NCBI GenBank assembly: GCA_013239625.1
Contig: MU053487.1
Location: forward strand, 3,059,058-3,123,057
DNA from: Lama guanicoe
Lineage: Eukaryota
Reading direction: 5' to 3'
DNA: 64,000 nucleotides
Shown: positions 13,765-26,180 of the stretch, one piece after another
Layout: every line of letters starts with the position of its first letter
How positions within the stretch are numbered: the first letter of the stretch is position 1
Made by a program: the position numbers and the translations under genes
Notes under the pieces: model-generated
The model's input: the letters and a program-made list of their open reading frames with translations, nothing else
Told to the model about the DNA's origin: nothing
Database searches by the model: none

Positions 13765-16600
13765 ATAGCATGAAATCTACCCTCTTGATGAATTTTTAAG
13801 TGTACAGTACAGTATTGTTAACTATGTGAACATTGTTGTACATCAGATCTCCAGAACTTTTTCATCTTGCCTGTTGTCCTCAGGGTTCATCCATGTATAG
13901 CATATGGCAGTATTTCCTTCTTTTTTAACACTGAATAGTATTTCATTACACACACACACTCACACACCCCAGTTTCTTTATCCATTCATCCACTGATGGA
14001 CGTTTGAGTTGCTTCTACGTCTTGGCTGTTGTGAATAATGCGGCAGTGAACATGGCAGTGCAAATATTTCTTTGAGATCCTCTTTTCAATTAATTCGTAT
14101 GAATACCCAGAAGTGGGATTGCTGTATCATATGGTAGTGATATTTTTAATATTAAAAACTTGGGGTTTTAAGTTTTTTGAGGAACCTCCATATTGTTTTC
14201 CACAGCAGCTACCATTTTTCATTCCCACCAACAGTGCTCAAGTGTTCCAGTTTCTCCGTATCCTCGCCAACACTTGTTCTTTTGTTTTGACAATAATCAT
14301 CCTTACAAGGTGTGAGGTGATACCTCACTGAAGTTTTGATTTGTATTTCCCTGATGCTAGTGATATTGAACATCTGTTCATATACCTGTTGACCATTGTA
14401 TGTCTTCTTTAAGAGAAATGTCAGTTCGAGTCCATTACCCATTTAAAAAAATCTGATTATTTGGGGGTTTTGTTTGTTTGTTTGTTTTGCTTTTGAGTTG
14501 TAGGAAGTCCCTTATATATTTTGGGCACTAACCTCTTACCAAGTATATAGTCTGCGGATATTTTCTCCCATTCTATAGTTGCCTTTTCTCTCTGTTGGTT
14601 GTTTCCTTTGCTGCACAGAAGCTTTTTAGTTTAATATTGTCCCACTTATTACTTTTGCTTTTGTTGTCTGTGTTTTGATGTTATATACAAAAAAAATCAT
14701 TGCCAAAACCAGTGTTACAAAGCTTTCCCCTGTGTTTTCTTCTAGGAGTTTTACAATTTTAGGTCTTAACATTTAAGCCTTTAGTTTGTTTTGAGTTGAT
14801 TTTTTTATGTGGTATGTAATCTAAGGGTCCAATTGTATTGTTTTGCATGTGGATATCTAGTTTTCAGTAACACTATTTGTTGAAGAGACTACTTTCCCCG
14901 TTGTGTAGCCTTGGCTCCCATGTTGAAGATCATTTGACTGTACGCGTAGCTTTGTTGCTGGGCTCTCTATTTTGTTCCACTGGTATATATATCTGTCTTT
15001 ATGCCAGTACCACACTGTTTCGTACGTCTCTAATATATTTTGAATTCAGGAAATATGAGGCTTCCAGTTTTGTTCTTCTTTCTCAAGGTTGTTTTAGCTA
15101 TGTGACGGTCTTTGTGATTCCATATGAATTCCAGGATTTTTTTTTGTATTTCTACAATAAAGAAGGCCTTTGTGTTTTGGTAGGGATTACATTGAGTCTG
15201 TAGATTGCTTTGAGTGGTGTGGACATTTCAACAATATTGTCTTCTAATTCATGAACATTGGCTATTTTACCATTTTTTTCTGTCTGTATTTCAGCCATGT
15301 TGTATGGTTTTCGGTGCAGAAGTCTTTTGCCTCCTTGGTTAAGTTTATTCCTAAGTATTTTTTTCTTTTTGATGCTATTGTAAATACAATTGTTTTCTTA
15401 ATTTCCTTTTCATTATTCATTATAACTGGATAGAAATGCAACAGATTTTTGTACATCGATTTTATATCCAATGATTTTGCTGAATTCATTTATTAGTTCT
15501 AATATTTTTTGTGGAACCTTTAGGGTTTTCTCCATATAAGATCATGTCATTGGTGAACTGAGATAATTTTACTTCTTTCTGATTTGGATGCCTTTTATCT
15601 CTTTTTCTTGCCCACTTGCTGTAGCTAGGACTTACAGTATTATGTTGAATAGAAATGGTGAGAATGGGCATCCTTGCCTTGTTCTTGATCTTAGAGAAAG
15701 AGCTTTCCATTTTTGACTTTCAGTATGATGTTAACTATGGGCTTTTCTTATATAGTCTTTATTATGTTGAGGTAATTTTCTTTTAATCCTAGTTTTTTTT
15801 AATATTTTTATCATGAGATGGTGTTAAATTTTGTCAAGTGCTTTTTCTGTCCCTGTTGAAGATCATGTGAACTTTATCTTTCATTCTGTTAATGTGTTGT
15901 ATCACATTGATTGATTTTGATGAAGCATCCTTGCATCCCAGGGATAAATCCCACTTGATCATGGTGTACGATCCTTTAATGGGCTATTAAGTTTAATACA
16001 GATTTAATGTGCTATTAAATACAAAAAAGGTATTTTGTTGAGGATTTTTACATCTATATTCATCAGGGCTATTGGCCTGAGGATTTCTTTTCTTGCGGTG
16101 TCTTTGTCTGGCTTTGGTATCAGGTTAATGCTGGCCTCATAAAGTAAATTTGAAATATTCCCATTTCTTTGAATTTCTGAAAAAGTTTGAGAAAAGTCTA
16201 AGAAGGATTGGCATTAATTCTTTTTTAAATGTTTGGTAGAATTCTCCAGTGAAGCCATCTGGCCCTGGGATTTTCTTTGCTGGGAGATTTTAGATTACTG
16301 ATCTAGTCTTCTTATTCATTATTGGACTGTTCATATTTTCTATTCGTGATTCAGTCTTAGTAGGTTGTATGCTTCTAGGAATTTATCTATTTCTTCTAGG
16401 TTATCCAATTAGCATATAATTGTTCATAGTTGTCTCTTATAATCCTTTTTATTTGTGTAACATCAATTTTAATGTCTCCTATTTTGTTACTGATTTTACT
16501 TCTTTGAGTCTCCTCTCTTTGTTGATTAGTCTAGCTAAAGGTTCATCAATTTTGTTGGTCTTTTCAAAAAACCAACTCAGCCTTTCTCACTTTCTTCTGT
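13765..16600 (-). mobile_element. Old L1 (L1MA-type), 3' UTR plus ORF2 reverse-transcriptase region, decayed
   Basis: Minus-strand ORF fragments NNEKEIKKTIVFTIASKRKKYLGINLTKEAKD and IREIQIKTSVRYHLTP are L1 ORF2; many stops and frameshifts. Confidence 0.92.
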
Positions 16601-16779
16601 GTCTCTTCTATAGGTATTTTCTTTGTTGCTACCAAGGGACCCATAAAATACCTTATAGTTATAACAATCTATTTTAAGCTGATAACCAAGGCCACTTTTA
16701 ATCCTGGCACAGTTTTTCGGAATGAGGTACAACAAATGGATTTTTTAACTTTCTCATTTTAATTTTAATTACTTTAATG

Positions 16780-18050
16780 GAATTAACTAGAATTAGTGGA
16801 TGTATATTTAATGAGCCTAATGCAACTAAATCCCTATGGTGTTTTTTTTAGAATTTGATAAAGTGATTCTGACATTCATCTGGAAGCATAAAGGGTTAGT
16901 CTATCCAAGAAACTTTTGGAAAAAAAATAAAGGAGGACTGGTACTATTAAATATAAAACAATAAACCTACAGTAGCAAAGCTGTACATTACTGGCACAAG
17001 CAAAGGAGTGGAGTGGGATGGGATGAGATGGGATAAGGGAGAACAGAAAGAATGCCTAAATCAACATATAAGGATGAATTTTTCAACCAATATTATTAGT
17101 ATATTTGATTAATCTTTTGGGGGGAAAGGTAGATTCATATATCCTACTTTGTATCAGATGAATGCCAGACAGATAAAATATCTACTTTAAAAGATACTGA
17201 CTTTAAACTAAAAAAGAACTGTAAGAAAATATAAATGAATCATATATTATAGTAGGGTGGGAAGGAATTATTTAAAAACTGTTAGATTTGACTTCCTAAA
17301 AACTAAAATTTCTATGCATACATAACTACTATTTTTAAAAAGTAAAGAGTGGGAAGGGATAAATTGAGAGTTCTAGATTTGCAGATACTAACTACTATGT
17401 ATAAAATAAACAACAAATTTCTTCTGTATAGCACAGGGAACTATATTCAATATCTTGTAACCTATAATGAAAAAGAATATGAAAACAAATATATGTCTGT
17501 ATGTATGTGACTGAAACTTGATGCTATACACCAGAAATTGACACGACATTGTAAACTGACTATATGACAATTAAAAAAAAAAAAGTAAAGGACTGAAGAC
17601 AAACTGAGACAATTTCCAACATACAGAATAGTCCAAGGATTACACTTCTAATATATGACAAAGGAGTCCTTACTAGTCGAAGAAATAAATAGGAAAATAG
17701 GCAAAAAATCTACGAAAGAAGAAATAGGAATGGCCAAAAAATATATGGGAGATTGTAGAACTTGGATGGCAATCCAAGAAATGCAAATTAAAGCAAGAGC
17801 TAGTTGCCACTTTCACCTTTCAGCTTGGCAAAGGCCAGTTCACGTCTCTGTGTTTGCACAGCCTGCATGGAACACCACCTCTCTAGGTGGCAGATAGTCC
17901 GTGGATATCAAAAGGCTTGAGATTTTTTTCAAAGACTTTGGTCTTTGAAAAAGCAATTACACTTCTAGGAATTTCTTCTAAGGGAATAATCAGACATGCA
18001 CATAAAAATATGTATACTGTGCTCACTGCAGTATTATTTTTTACGTTTTA
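16780..18050 (+). mobile_element. Ancient L1M ORF2 fragments
   Basis: agaatttgataaagtgattctgacattcatctgga and caagaaatgcaaattaaa (QEMQIK) motifs; heavily decayed. Confidence 0.65.
17348..17584 (+). mobile_element. Short young L1 3' terminal insertion
   Basis: gggaagggataaattg...acattgtaaactgactata...poly-A, flanked by the direct repeat aaaaagtaaag. Confidence 0.88.
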
Positions 18051-18387
18051 ATTTTTTACTTATTATTAATGCATGATACACAGTATGCAATTATTATTTT
18101 AATGCATGATACAAAATCCAAAGGGTACTAAAGGGAATGGAGTGAAAAGTAATTCTCCCTCCCCTCAGTTCTGTCCTCCATTTCTCTCCTGTGGAGCTAT
18201 CAGTTATTTATATAAATCCTTGCAGAGATACTCTTTATACAAATAAGAATGTGTACATGCCTGTGCTTTTTATTTTGTTAATTTATTTGATTTTGAATTT
18301 GAAGGTTGATGGTAGCACACCAAATGTTCCATGTGTACCTTGCTTTTCTCATTTACTACATCTTAGAACGTGCTCCATCATCAGAAG

Positions 18388-18632
18388 GAAGTACAGTGTG
18401 GAGGTTAAGAGCCCAGACTACTTGGGTTTGAATAAAGTCTACCACTTACTAGCTGTGTCATCTTGGGCAAACTTCTTAACTTTTCTGGGCCTTAGTTTCC
18501 TCATCTACAAAATGAATAGAATAATAGTTCTTACCTCGTAAAATTACTGAAAGGATTAAATGAGGCAACATACATAAAGTGCATAGATTAGTGTGGGATG
18601 CATCTTAGGTAAGATAAGTGTTAGCTATTATC
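18388..18632 (+). mobile_element. MIR SINE
   Basis: accacttactagctgtgtcatcttgggcaaacttcttaac...agtttcctcatctacaaaatg core. Confidence 0.88.
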
Positions 18633-21600
18633 AATGCATGTGGAGCTGCAGCCTTTTTAACAGCTGAATAATATTCCACACCAGAATTGTATTCTATTTT
18701 GTCCCACACTGATGAACAACTAGATTATGCCCAGCAAACAAATTGCAGTGTTTGTTACGACAAGCAATTGTCAAAGGAAACAATGTAAGTGTCCAAAGCT
18801 GGTTTCATTATGGCACAATGCATGACCATACAGTGGAATACAATACAACCAGTCAAAATAAGGTTGTAGGAGGATGTTTGATGAAATGTGAAAAGTTCAC
18901 ATATATTTTATTAAGTAGAAACAAACATTTTAAATATTTACTCAGTTTTTTCCACTATAAAAATGGTGTAGATTGTAAAAATTAAGACTCGATTTTAAAA
19001 AGTATACAAAAAAATAATAATCAACCTAACTCTATGATCCAGAGATCATCGTGCTTGTTTGACACATTGGTGAATCCCACATAATCTCTCTTTCAGGAAA
19101 CTTGCACTGATTATCTTGTAGGAAGCAGGGGTTGCCACCTTCACTGAACACTGCAGGGAGCTGTGAGTTGGGGTCCCCAGAAGATGGCTGGCCACGCGTA
19201 GGTGGCATCGATTAAAACCGGTTGGAGGAGGGAGACTTGCTGTGGGCGAGCGGGCATCCCAGGAAAGGGGTGCTGCTAGGCTGAGTGTGCCCTTGAAGAA
19301 TCGCAGGAGCTGTTCCCTTTTACTAAACCAGTCGTCATCTTTGTTTTGTGTTTCCTTTGACACGTTCATGCATTCAGTGAACACCTGTTATGACAGGCCT
19401 GTTTTGCACCATATAGGTGTCTGTAGGTCTTAGGGACTCAGACGTGAACAAGATATGTTCCAAGCCGGTGCCCCTAGAGCCCAGAAGCACGTCCCAGAGT
19501 TACAGACACAGTGCAGCACAGCGTCTGGAGATGCCTCTCCTGACCCTGACTGCACGTGCTTCCCCGCGTGTCTTCTTCATTGTCATTTCTTGGGGCTGCA
19601 CAGTGTTTGCTCCGGTTGCTGGGCACTGATTTAATTAAGCATCCCCGCTCTGCTGGATGCTTAGATCACTGGCATGAACGCTTCATGGCCTTCAACACAT
19701 CACTCGCATGCTTTTCACATGGATTGTTCCAGTTTACAGAGTCACCAGCAGTGTTTGTGTGAATGGGCCAACCGAGCCTTACCACCGTTGGCCATTGTGT
19801 TTTTGCTTTTATCATTTCTGCTCATTTATTAGGTACAAAACAGGGCTTCATTGTTAAACATTCATTTATTTGATTACTGTTAAATTTTAACCTTTACTTC
19901 CTCTTAAGTGCATTATCTGTTTCAGTCCTCTGTCCCGTTACTTACTTTGGCTCTCAATGTGAAAAACAGACTCTGTATAGTGATGGTTAAAAGCTTAGAT
20001 TCTAGACTCACCCAGACCTGGTGTATATCCAGCCCTGCTACTTGGGAGCTGTGTGACCTGGGACATGGGGGGCTCTGGGGAAGTGCTGAGGCCAGGAAAG
20101 GCATTCCTGGCAGAGGGGCTCTCCTGGAAGGCTGAGTCACAGAGTTCGGTGGCCTGGGTACATTCGAGGGACAGTGGAACAACCACTGCGTCTGGCTTCG
20201 TCTAATAGGGCTGCCAGGAGTATCGCTGGTTCATTTTGGCTATTTCATAAGCGTAATATCTGGAGTAAAGGCAGGCAGCACAAGGCCTCATATTTAGAGT
20301 TACTCCCAGGAAATAAAACCCAAACCCATAAAGTGCTAGGGAGAGGCAGGGAGGCGTGGTAGGAAGACCGGGAACCCTGCAGTCAGGCTGCTGTGGCTTG
20401 GAACACCAGTACCCTCACTGCGCAGTTGTATGCACTCCGAGCCCTGCACACTGTGAAGACCAGAGGTGATCTATGTGCAGGGCCTCTTACAACGTGGGCT
20501 GTTAAGAACCGGCAGTGAGCCAGGGAGACACATCCTACCATCTCGGGTGGATGAGGTTAGAATTTCTCCTGCCCAGTTTTTAGCCATCCGCCCTTGCTGG
20601 TCTGCCCCCTTGATGTCTCACTGCTGGAGGAACCGCTGCCCATTACCGGCTGCAGTGGGAAAAAGAGCTTCCAAAGGTATGTTTCTTTCATAGAGCATCA
20701 GGTAGAAGTCCCTGGAGAAATCTGTCACTGGGAAATGGAATAGGGGACTGACTGAAAAGGTGGCTGAGTCCTTTTTCTAGGAGAAAAGGATGTTTGGATT
20801 CTCAGCGGCCACATCTGCTTTTGAACTCTGTGCGGTCTGCGCCCTGGCCTCTCCCCGCCCCCAAATCCCTTCCCCCTTTTATTCAAACAGAGGAAAGTTG
20901 TGTTTGTTGACGACTCTTTCGGGGTGGGAAAGGAATGTGATGTATGCATAGACTGCCCAGAATTTCCTGTTAGACACCCATTCCAAACCACGGACCTGGG
21001 ATGCATTCCAGACATTGCAGCCCAGTTCTGGGAGAGAAGAAACGGCGCATTCATTTAAATGCCGACCCTCGACCCTTGGGAGGAGCTCTCCCTCCTCCTT
21101 TAGAAAAAGATATTTAGCCCCCCGCCACTCCCCCTAATAATGTAGTTGTGAATTCAGCCGTATGGTCTCTTCAGGGTTGGAATGTGCTCTGACATCTCCG
21201 AGTGTGAAGAAATAGCCTTACTTTGGGAAATTCTTGGTGTCTAGTTTTGCAGCCACAACAGTATTGGTGTCCACATGTTTTTAATATTTTGCTATAAATA
21301 CAGGGATGACATAAATCTACTGTGCAATACCTTTCTCAGTTCTGCTCCTGTGACAAGAAAGAAGCTGTTTCTGAGGACAGCTTCGGTGCTTTGACAAATT
21401 AGCAGTAGCCTCCGTGTGTTGTCAGTTTTTTCCTAGAAATTCTATTATACTGGGTCTTGGGCAGTCTGGACTGTAAGCCAGCACATAGGCTGGCTTGGCG
21501 CTGTGGAAATTCAAGGTCAACCTTCTTTGTCTTCTGTAGCTGCCAAGGTGCAGTATTTTCACTTGGGGAGAAACTTGAATGACTGGGGATGGATTCATCG

Positions 21601-22008
21601 TCAGTAGCAAACACGTCCGCCCGCGTTTCAGCTACTTTCAACTTCACCCTGAATTACTCCTTGGATTGTACAGAGATGTGGGGGCACTGGGAGTTCTAGG
21701 TCAGGTCAGGCTTAAGGACAGATGGGTGAGGGCCTCACAGAGGAGAGTGTGCGATGCTCAGAACCAAAGTAGACCCCAGAGGTGCTGGTCCTGCAGCCAG
21801 GGGTTCAGGACGGCTCTCAGCCTCTCTACATCTGGAATCGAACCCAGGCTGGAACACAAAAATTGTGAAAGGGTGGTGCTTATGTGACGGGACAGCTATC
21901 ACACCAGTTAGGAAATGCTGGCTTTGGGGGTCAACATTTCAACTTCTGGATACAGAAGGGAACCATCAGGTCAGGAAGTAAGAGAGTCATTAGAGATGCC
22001 CCTCTCAG

Positions 22009-22134
22009 GAGGGGAGAGTATAGCTCAGTGGTAAAGCACATGCTTAGCATGCACGAGGTCCTGGGTTCAATCCCCAGTACCTCCATTAAAAAAAAACAAA
22101 GACGGAAAAAAAAAATACTCCAAAAAACAAAAAA
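22009..22134 (+). mobile_element. Vic-1-like SINE
   Basis: tatagctcagtggtaaagcacatgcttagcatgcacgaggtcctgggttcaatccccagtacctcc plus A-tail; degenerate TSD agagatgccc/agaaatgcct. Confidence 0.93.
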
Positions 22135-22867
22135 GAAATGCCTCTCTTGGCCTATTATTCCAACTGGTGATGGGGTCAGTTGTGCCTTCTGTCTGTTGGC
22201 ATAAACAGATTCCCCTCGTCCCACTAAAGGACCAGATCCCCACTGTCAGCCACAGTGGACTTTCCCTGAGACATTCCATGTTTTTGACAGCAACCCTTTA
22301 CTTCTAACCATATTTTATATAAGAGTTCCTAGAAGAGGCCTGAATCCCAGGGTTTATTTTAAGCTTCACGTGTGGAACTGCTTCTTATTTGTTTGTTTGC
22401 TTCCTAGCATTATTATTATTACACAAAGAAACCTTCACTAGGTAGGAGGTAGAGTTTTAAAGAGCTACTTCGGGTTCTAAGTTTAGAATTCACAAAACCA
22501 AAAGCAAAATGGGTCTGCCTACGTGTTTTCTCATGGAGGCAGGCTGCTTTGGTGAGGACTGTTGTCTGGATACAAGCGAGCTTCTGAATGTTCACAGTGA
22601 CACTGCACAGTATCCAAACCAGTCATAAGTTTTTGTTGCTATGTCTTAAGCTGCTAGTAGATTTCTCTCTCACACAAGCATACATGTTTTTGCTGCATTC
22701 ACACAACAACCCTGTGGGGGTAGATATTATGATTCTCATATTACTATTGTGGCTTAGGCAAAAGAAGTCACACTGGCTAACAGATGGCAGGGCTGAATTT
22801 GAACCCAAATATAACTCCAAAGTTCATTTTCTTCCCATGTATGTTCCAACTTGTATTTAAAGTCAGT

Positions 22868-23410
22868 TTTTTAATTGAAGCATAGTTGGTTTACAATGTT
22901 GTGTTAGTTTCTGGTGTACACCATGGTGATTCAGGTACATATATATATTCTTTTTCCTATTCTATTTCATTATAGGACATTATAAGATATTGAATATAGT
23001 TCCCTGTGCTGTACAGTGGGACCTTGTTGTTTATCTATTTTATATATAGTCATTTGTATCTGCTAATCCCAAACTCCTAATGTATCCCTCCACCCACTCT
23101 TTCCCCTCTGGTAACCGTAAGTTAACTTTTTATGTCTGAGTCTTGTAAATAATTTCATTTGTATCATTTTTTAGATTCCACAAATAAGTAATGTCATATG
23201 ATATTTGTTTTTCTCTGACTTACTTCACTTAGTATGACAATCTCTAGGTCCATCCATGTTGCTGCAAATGGCATTATTTCATTCTTTTTTATGGCTGAGT
23301 AGTATTTCATTGTGTATATAGATACAGATATAGATACACTACATCTATATCTGTATACCACATCTTCTTTGTCCAATCATCTGTCTATGGACATTTAGGT
23401 TGCTTTCACG
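22868..23410 (-). mobile_element. 5'-truncated L1 3' end
   Basis: Reverse complement encodes [32 protein letters not shown]; flanked by ttaaagtc direct repeats. Confidence 0.92.
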
Positions 23411-24567
23411 TTAAAGTCCATTTTTAAATAAGAAATTCCACTCTAGGCCCTTTACATGAAAGAGTGCACATCTGTAATTTGTACATATCCCGGAAATCTT
23501 TGATGCAGATTGATAGCCTGCATTAGTTATAATTTAAAATCTAAGCTGAGTAGCTCCAGTGACAGACATCAAATCATGACATTTGTGGTATGGGTCTGAT
23601 GATGTGATTCCCAATTTTCACACAATCAAAGCCAGACTCGTCCCCGTGGTTTGCAGGGCCCTTGCTGTCATCACCCCGACTGTGTACTCCTCACCACTTC
23701 TTGGACTTCTCAAATATTTCATGCTTCCTCTCACTTCAGGGCCTCCAGACATTGCCATTCCCCTACGTCCTGTCCCCTCCAACAGTTTTATGAAACCATC
23801 AGCCCAGCTTAGAAGACGCTTCTTCTAAGAAATCACTCCCACCCCTCACCCCCAAATCTGGACCCTTCCTTGGGCACCAGCAGTGCCCCGTGCTGCCCTA
23901 TCCTAACACGGCTCGGACTTTATCAGAGTTGTGTATTCAAGTGTCTCTCCTTAAGGGTGTGTGTGTCATGAGGCAGAGATGGTGCCTACATGATTCATCA
24001 GTTCTTCTACGTGGCCTCGCCTGGGAGCTCTCGTTTTCAGGCATAATCCTTTCCATTGCCAGTAACATGCCCAGTTAGTATTGGCTCAAAAGGAAAACGG
24101 AATGTATTCTCTTCCATAACTGAAAGTTCCGGAAAGGTCTAGTGTATTGAAACCACGTCCTCAGATGATGTCAGAGATCTGCCCCTCTCCACACCTCAAC
24201 TACTTTCTCCTCAGTTTTGGCTCATGCTCAGGTAGGTGCTTCTCACTTGGTGGCAAAGGTGGCCACAGGTGGCTCCAGGCTTACACTCTGGCAGCTTACA
24301 AAAAGAGAACATCTCTTTCCCTTGCTGTTGCATGAATCCTGGGGCAGACTTTCCTTGGCCCAGCATGGCTTATGGGCCCATCCCTAAGCTGATCATGTGG
24401 CTGGTTGGCCCGGCAATGGACTAAAGCTGGTGGAGTGAGAGTGGGGGAACTTTTAGCAGAAAGAAGGATAATGGATTTTGGCAGCAAAAATGTCAGGTGT
24501 CAGCTACACTCCCCATCAGTAGGTGGTGCTTTGAAGGTACTTTTTTTTTTTCAGTGGAGGTACTGGA

Positions 24568-24730
24568 GGGGGAGGATATAGCTCAGTGGTAGGGTGTGCT
24601 TAACATGCACAAGGTCCTGGGGTTCAATCCCCAGTACGTCCATTAAAAAAGTAAATAAAATAAATAAATAAATAAACCTTATTACCTCTCCACCCCAACC
24701 CTATCCCACTCAAAAAAAAAAAGACAAGAC
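24568..24730 (+). mobile_element. Vic-1-like SINE nested in an antisense Vic-1
   Basis: Full head plus (TAAA)n, aaccttattacctc and second A-tail. Confidence 0.9.
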
Positions 24731-24811
24731 TTAATGGATGTACCGGGGATTGAACCCAGGACCTCGTGCATGCTAAGCACCCACTCTACTACTGAGCTAT
24801 CCCTCTATCCC
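24731..24811 (-). mobile_element. Vic-1-like SINE head (its tail lies at 24540-24566)
   Basis: ggggattgaacccaggacctcgtgcatgctaagcac...ctgagctat. Confidence 0.9.
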
Positions 24812-26009
24812 AATATACTTGTTCTTGCTACCCGGCCAGCAGTCTGCCCAGAGAGACCAGGGAGGTATTTGGAAGGCTTCCTGTCTCGTCTTTAGGACTA
24901 AAGCCTCAAGGAGACCAACCATCTGTGCACTTACTGTCATAGGCCCTCTCTAAGCCCCTCTTTTGCTGTGCTGGAGGATGGGAGGTCCCCAGTCCTTGGA
25001 GCCAAAGAAGCAGACATATATGAGTGGGAAACATGGTCTTCATTTGCTGGGCAGCAGTGACACCAGGTCCAGGGGCCCAGAGAGAAGCGTTAGCCCCAAG
25101 GGTATATCCAGGGAAACAGCCAGTGCCTGTTTGTCCACAGCATCACACACCCCCTGCATTGTCAGAGGGCACAGAGTGTGGCAGAGGAAGGCCTGTGCCC
25201 AACATCTCTAGCTCTTTACAACCTTCCCAGGATTTCTGTCTCTCACCCAGGACTGCTCAGAGAAATGGAGAAATTTAAGTCTTAGGATCACCCCATCTGC
25301 CCCTGCCAGCAATCTCCTTTTACTACCCTGTGGGATTCCACTCCCGTGGGCCAACTGTCTGTATGGAGAGAAGGGCAGATGCTAGGACCAGGCATGGGCA
25401 TGTCTTTGTCAGCAGAACTAAGGAAGAGGAAGAGGGGTAGTCCTTCTGACTGGCCTGCACTGCCAGAGCCCCAGGGAAACGGCAGCCTGTAAAGGCCCAG
25501 TTGGGGAGCCTGCAGGAGAGGCCGTGATGGGGTCCTTGCGTGGTCCTCATGCGGTCCTCCTCAATTGGGAAGGTGCTTCTTTTTGATGCACAGCTGTGGG
25601 CAAGCAGCCACTGTGTCAGATGCAGACGGGGCAGGTGCAGAGCTAAGCAGAGAGCTGACTAAGTGGTTGCCTCAACCTGAAAGCATAGTTCTTTTTCTAA
25701 GGAGCTGCAGGTAAACAGTCCCAAGAGCACTCATCTGGACTCTTAACCCCTACCTCCCTTTTCTTTCCTCATCTCTGCATCTCCAGTTTTTAGAGCAATT
25801 GAGTAGAATCACTTCAGAGATTTTTCTAGTTTTGCTTTCCCAGTTGCAGTTTAAGTAGCCAAGGTCTGTCAGAGTAAGTTATGCCTCCTGGTTTTCAGAT
25901 GCCAGGGGTCACATGAAGACCCACAGAAGCCAGCCTTTGAGCCAGGATTTACCTGGAGAACCCCCACTCCTTTATGAAACAAAAGCTTATAGACTAGTGA
26001 CAACAAGTA

Positions 26010-26180
26010 AGAGCAGACATTTATGAATTGCTTATCCTGTGCTAGGCACCATTCTGAGTACTTTATAAGAACTTTTAATTCTCACAACAGGCCTATTGTC
26101 CCCATTTTACAGGTAAAGAAACTGAAGCACAAAGAAGTCACGTGACCTGTCCTAGGTCCTGTGCATCTGCTGGTCGAGCC
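26010..26180 (-). mobile_element. MIR SINE
   Basis: gtgctaggcaccattctgagtacttta...cccattttacaggtaaagaaactgaagcaca. Confidence 0.8.

Noticed and set aside
15262..15710. Reverse-transcriptase-like ORFs as a functional gene
   Set aside because: Fragments of a decayed L1 ORF2 with frameshifts and stops.
18060..18113. Tandem duplication of ttaatgcatgataca
   Set aside because: Short local duplication in AT-rich, repeat-derived DNA with no functional signature.
22011..22085. tRNA-Ala-like genes (this and the other gggtatagctcagtggtagag copies)
   Set aside because: All have A-rich tails, most have TSDs, and they carry scattered stem-breaking mutations. They are SINE heads, not tRNA genes.
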